64,000 bases of DNA from Raja brachyura (Eukaryota), in NCBI GenBank assembly GCA_963514005.1, contig OY740803.1, positions 36,890,001 to 36,954,000 of the forward strand, read 5' to 3'. Under the pieces are notes generated by a model. That model saw nothing but the letters and a program-made list of their open reading frames with translations, had not been told where the DNA came from and searched no databases. Positions within the stretch are counted from its first letter, which is position 1. Every line of letters begins with the position of its first letter. Shown piece by piece: positions 62,601 to 64,000 of the stretch. Made by a program: the position numbers and the translations under genes.

Positions 62601-64000
62601 CTATTGTTATCATTAATAATTAGTAACATTCAAAGCCCAAGGTACAAGTGTGAATCAACATGTGAAAATTCTTTACTGGTGAAATTATTTTCAGTTTCAC
62701 CTTTAACAAACTGCCGCAGAGCAATTTTGTTAAATGTTGATCAAAGGTTTGACACCAATGTGCGAATTAAAATGTTCCTCAGCAGAATTTCAAGCTGACA
62801 TTATTTCATGTTTAAGTGTTGTGCAGCTCCCAATTACACATTAGTTTCCATGCAATCCCTTGGACTGGAACTACAAAATGTATACATGGTTGAGAGAGGT
62901 CACCTGACCCAGGCATTCCATCACCAGGATCCTTGGTGTTCATATGCAAGGGTCCCTGATAGAAACTGCATAGGTAGGTTAGGTGGCTAAGAAGGTACAC
63001 TAGCTACTTGCCTTCATTAGCCTTCAAGCTTTAATCCGCAACACCACTTCTAGTGATATGTATAGACAAAACAGATAGGATGGTTCTGAAGTTCAGCACA
63101 TGGGAATAGCAAGTCTCCTACTCGGAAGGTGGCTGCCACTCACACTCCATCTACATTGCGTACTATCTTACAATAGGATATAATCATATTACGTTTATGT
63201 TATAATTCTTAGAAGGGATCAACAATTGTTTCAAAATCCACAATTAAATATTACTCTTATCCTGGAAAAATATTAAAATACATTTTGCATATATTATATT
63301 TTCAATCGAGCATCAAAACCCAGTGCTTTGCATGTTCCAATGTGTTAAAATTACATTACTGAAACATTCCTGCTCTTGCAAATAAATATTCTGTGAGTAA
63401 AACAGACTGGGTATCCTATGGCAAATAACTCATTTCTCAACTCCCCAAAGCCTTTCCCACAATGTACAAGGCACAGATTGTGAGTATGACCGAACAATCT
63501 CCAACTGCTTGGATGAATTGATTAATTGTCTGCTGTAAATTGCTTCTAATCGCTTGCAGAATGACAAAATCTGGAAGGAGTTTGTGGGAAAGTGGGGAGA
63601 ATAAAATGGGATTAACGTACGATAAATGTTAATGGGTCGTTCATAGCTGGTACGTATGGTGAAGGTAAATGGGCAGTTCGTAGCTGGTACAGACTCAGAG
63701 GGCTGAAGGGCCTGTTTCCATGCCTTAAGACTCCAAGGACATCTAGTAACTTTCAAAAAGCTCAAAATTGTCCAGAATAAAGTGTCCTGCTGGACAGGAA
63801 CTGCCTTAAACATTGACTCCCTTCTAAAACTGACACATAATGTTCACTATCTACAAAATGCACTGCAGCAACTTGCTAAGGCTGCCAAACACATATAACC
63901 TCTAACAACAAGGACAAGGGTTAACACATGGATTTACCATGTCTTATAAATATCCATTCAAGTCACATGTGATCTTGACTTGGAAATATATCACCATTCC

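Overview
This is repeat-rich vertebrate DNA. The repeat families (HE1/V-SINE-like SINEs, CR1 tails, Penelope-derived palindromes) point to a cartilaginous fish, probably a skate or ray; that is an inference. The + strand carries the last six coding exons of arylsulfatase G (ARSG; 1400-35512), all GT-AG and phase-consistent. Near 62.1 kb there is a probable terminal exon of a convergent minus-strand gene (WIPI1 candidate). The rest is intron or intergenic DNA filled with CR1, Rex1/Babar, RTE, HERO and Penelope retroelement pieces, SINEs, MITEs, a Tc1 remnant and a solo LTR. The main finding is two copies of a ~135-140 bp TSD-flanked retroposon (6766-6905 and 9421-9554, minus strand) whose first 54 nt fold into a complete minimal HDV/CPEB3-like self-cleaving ribozyme, with the predicted cleavage site at the element's 5' end. 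Also notable are abundant Penelope-derived palindromes carrying hammerhead-ribozyme cores, a 131-nt intronic hairpin with G:U-biased differences, a Pack-MULE-like element and a locally templated complex insertion. Repeat boundaries are approximate unless TSDs are given. Family names come from remembered motifs, not database searches.
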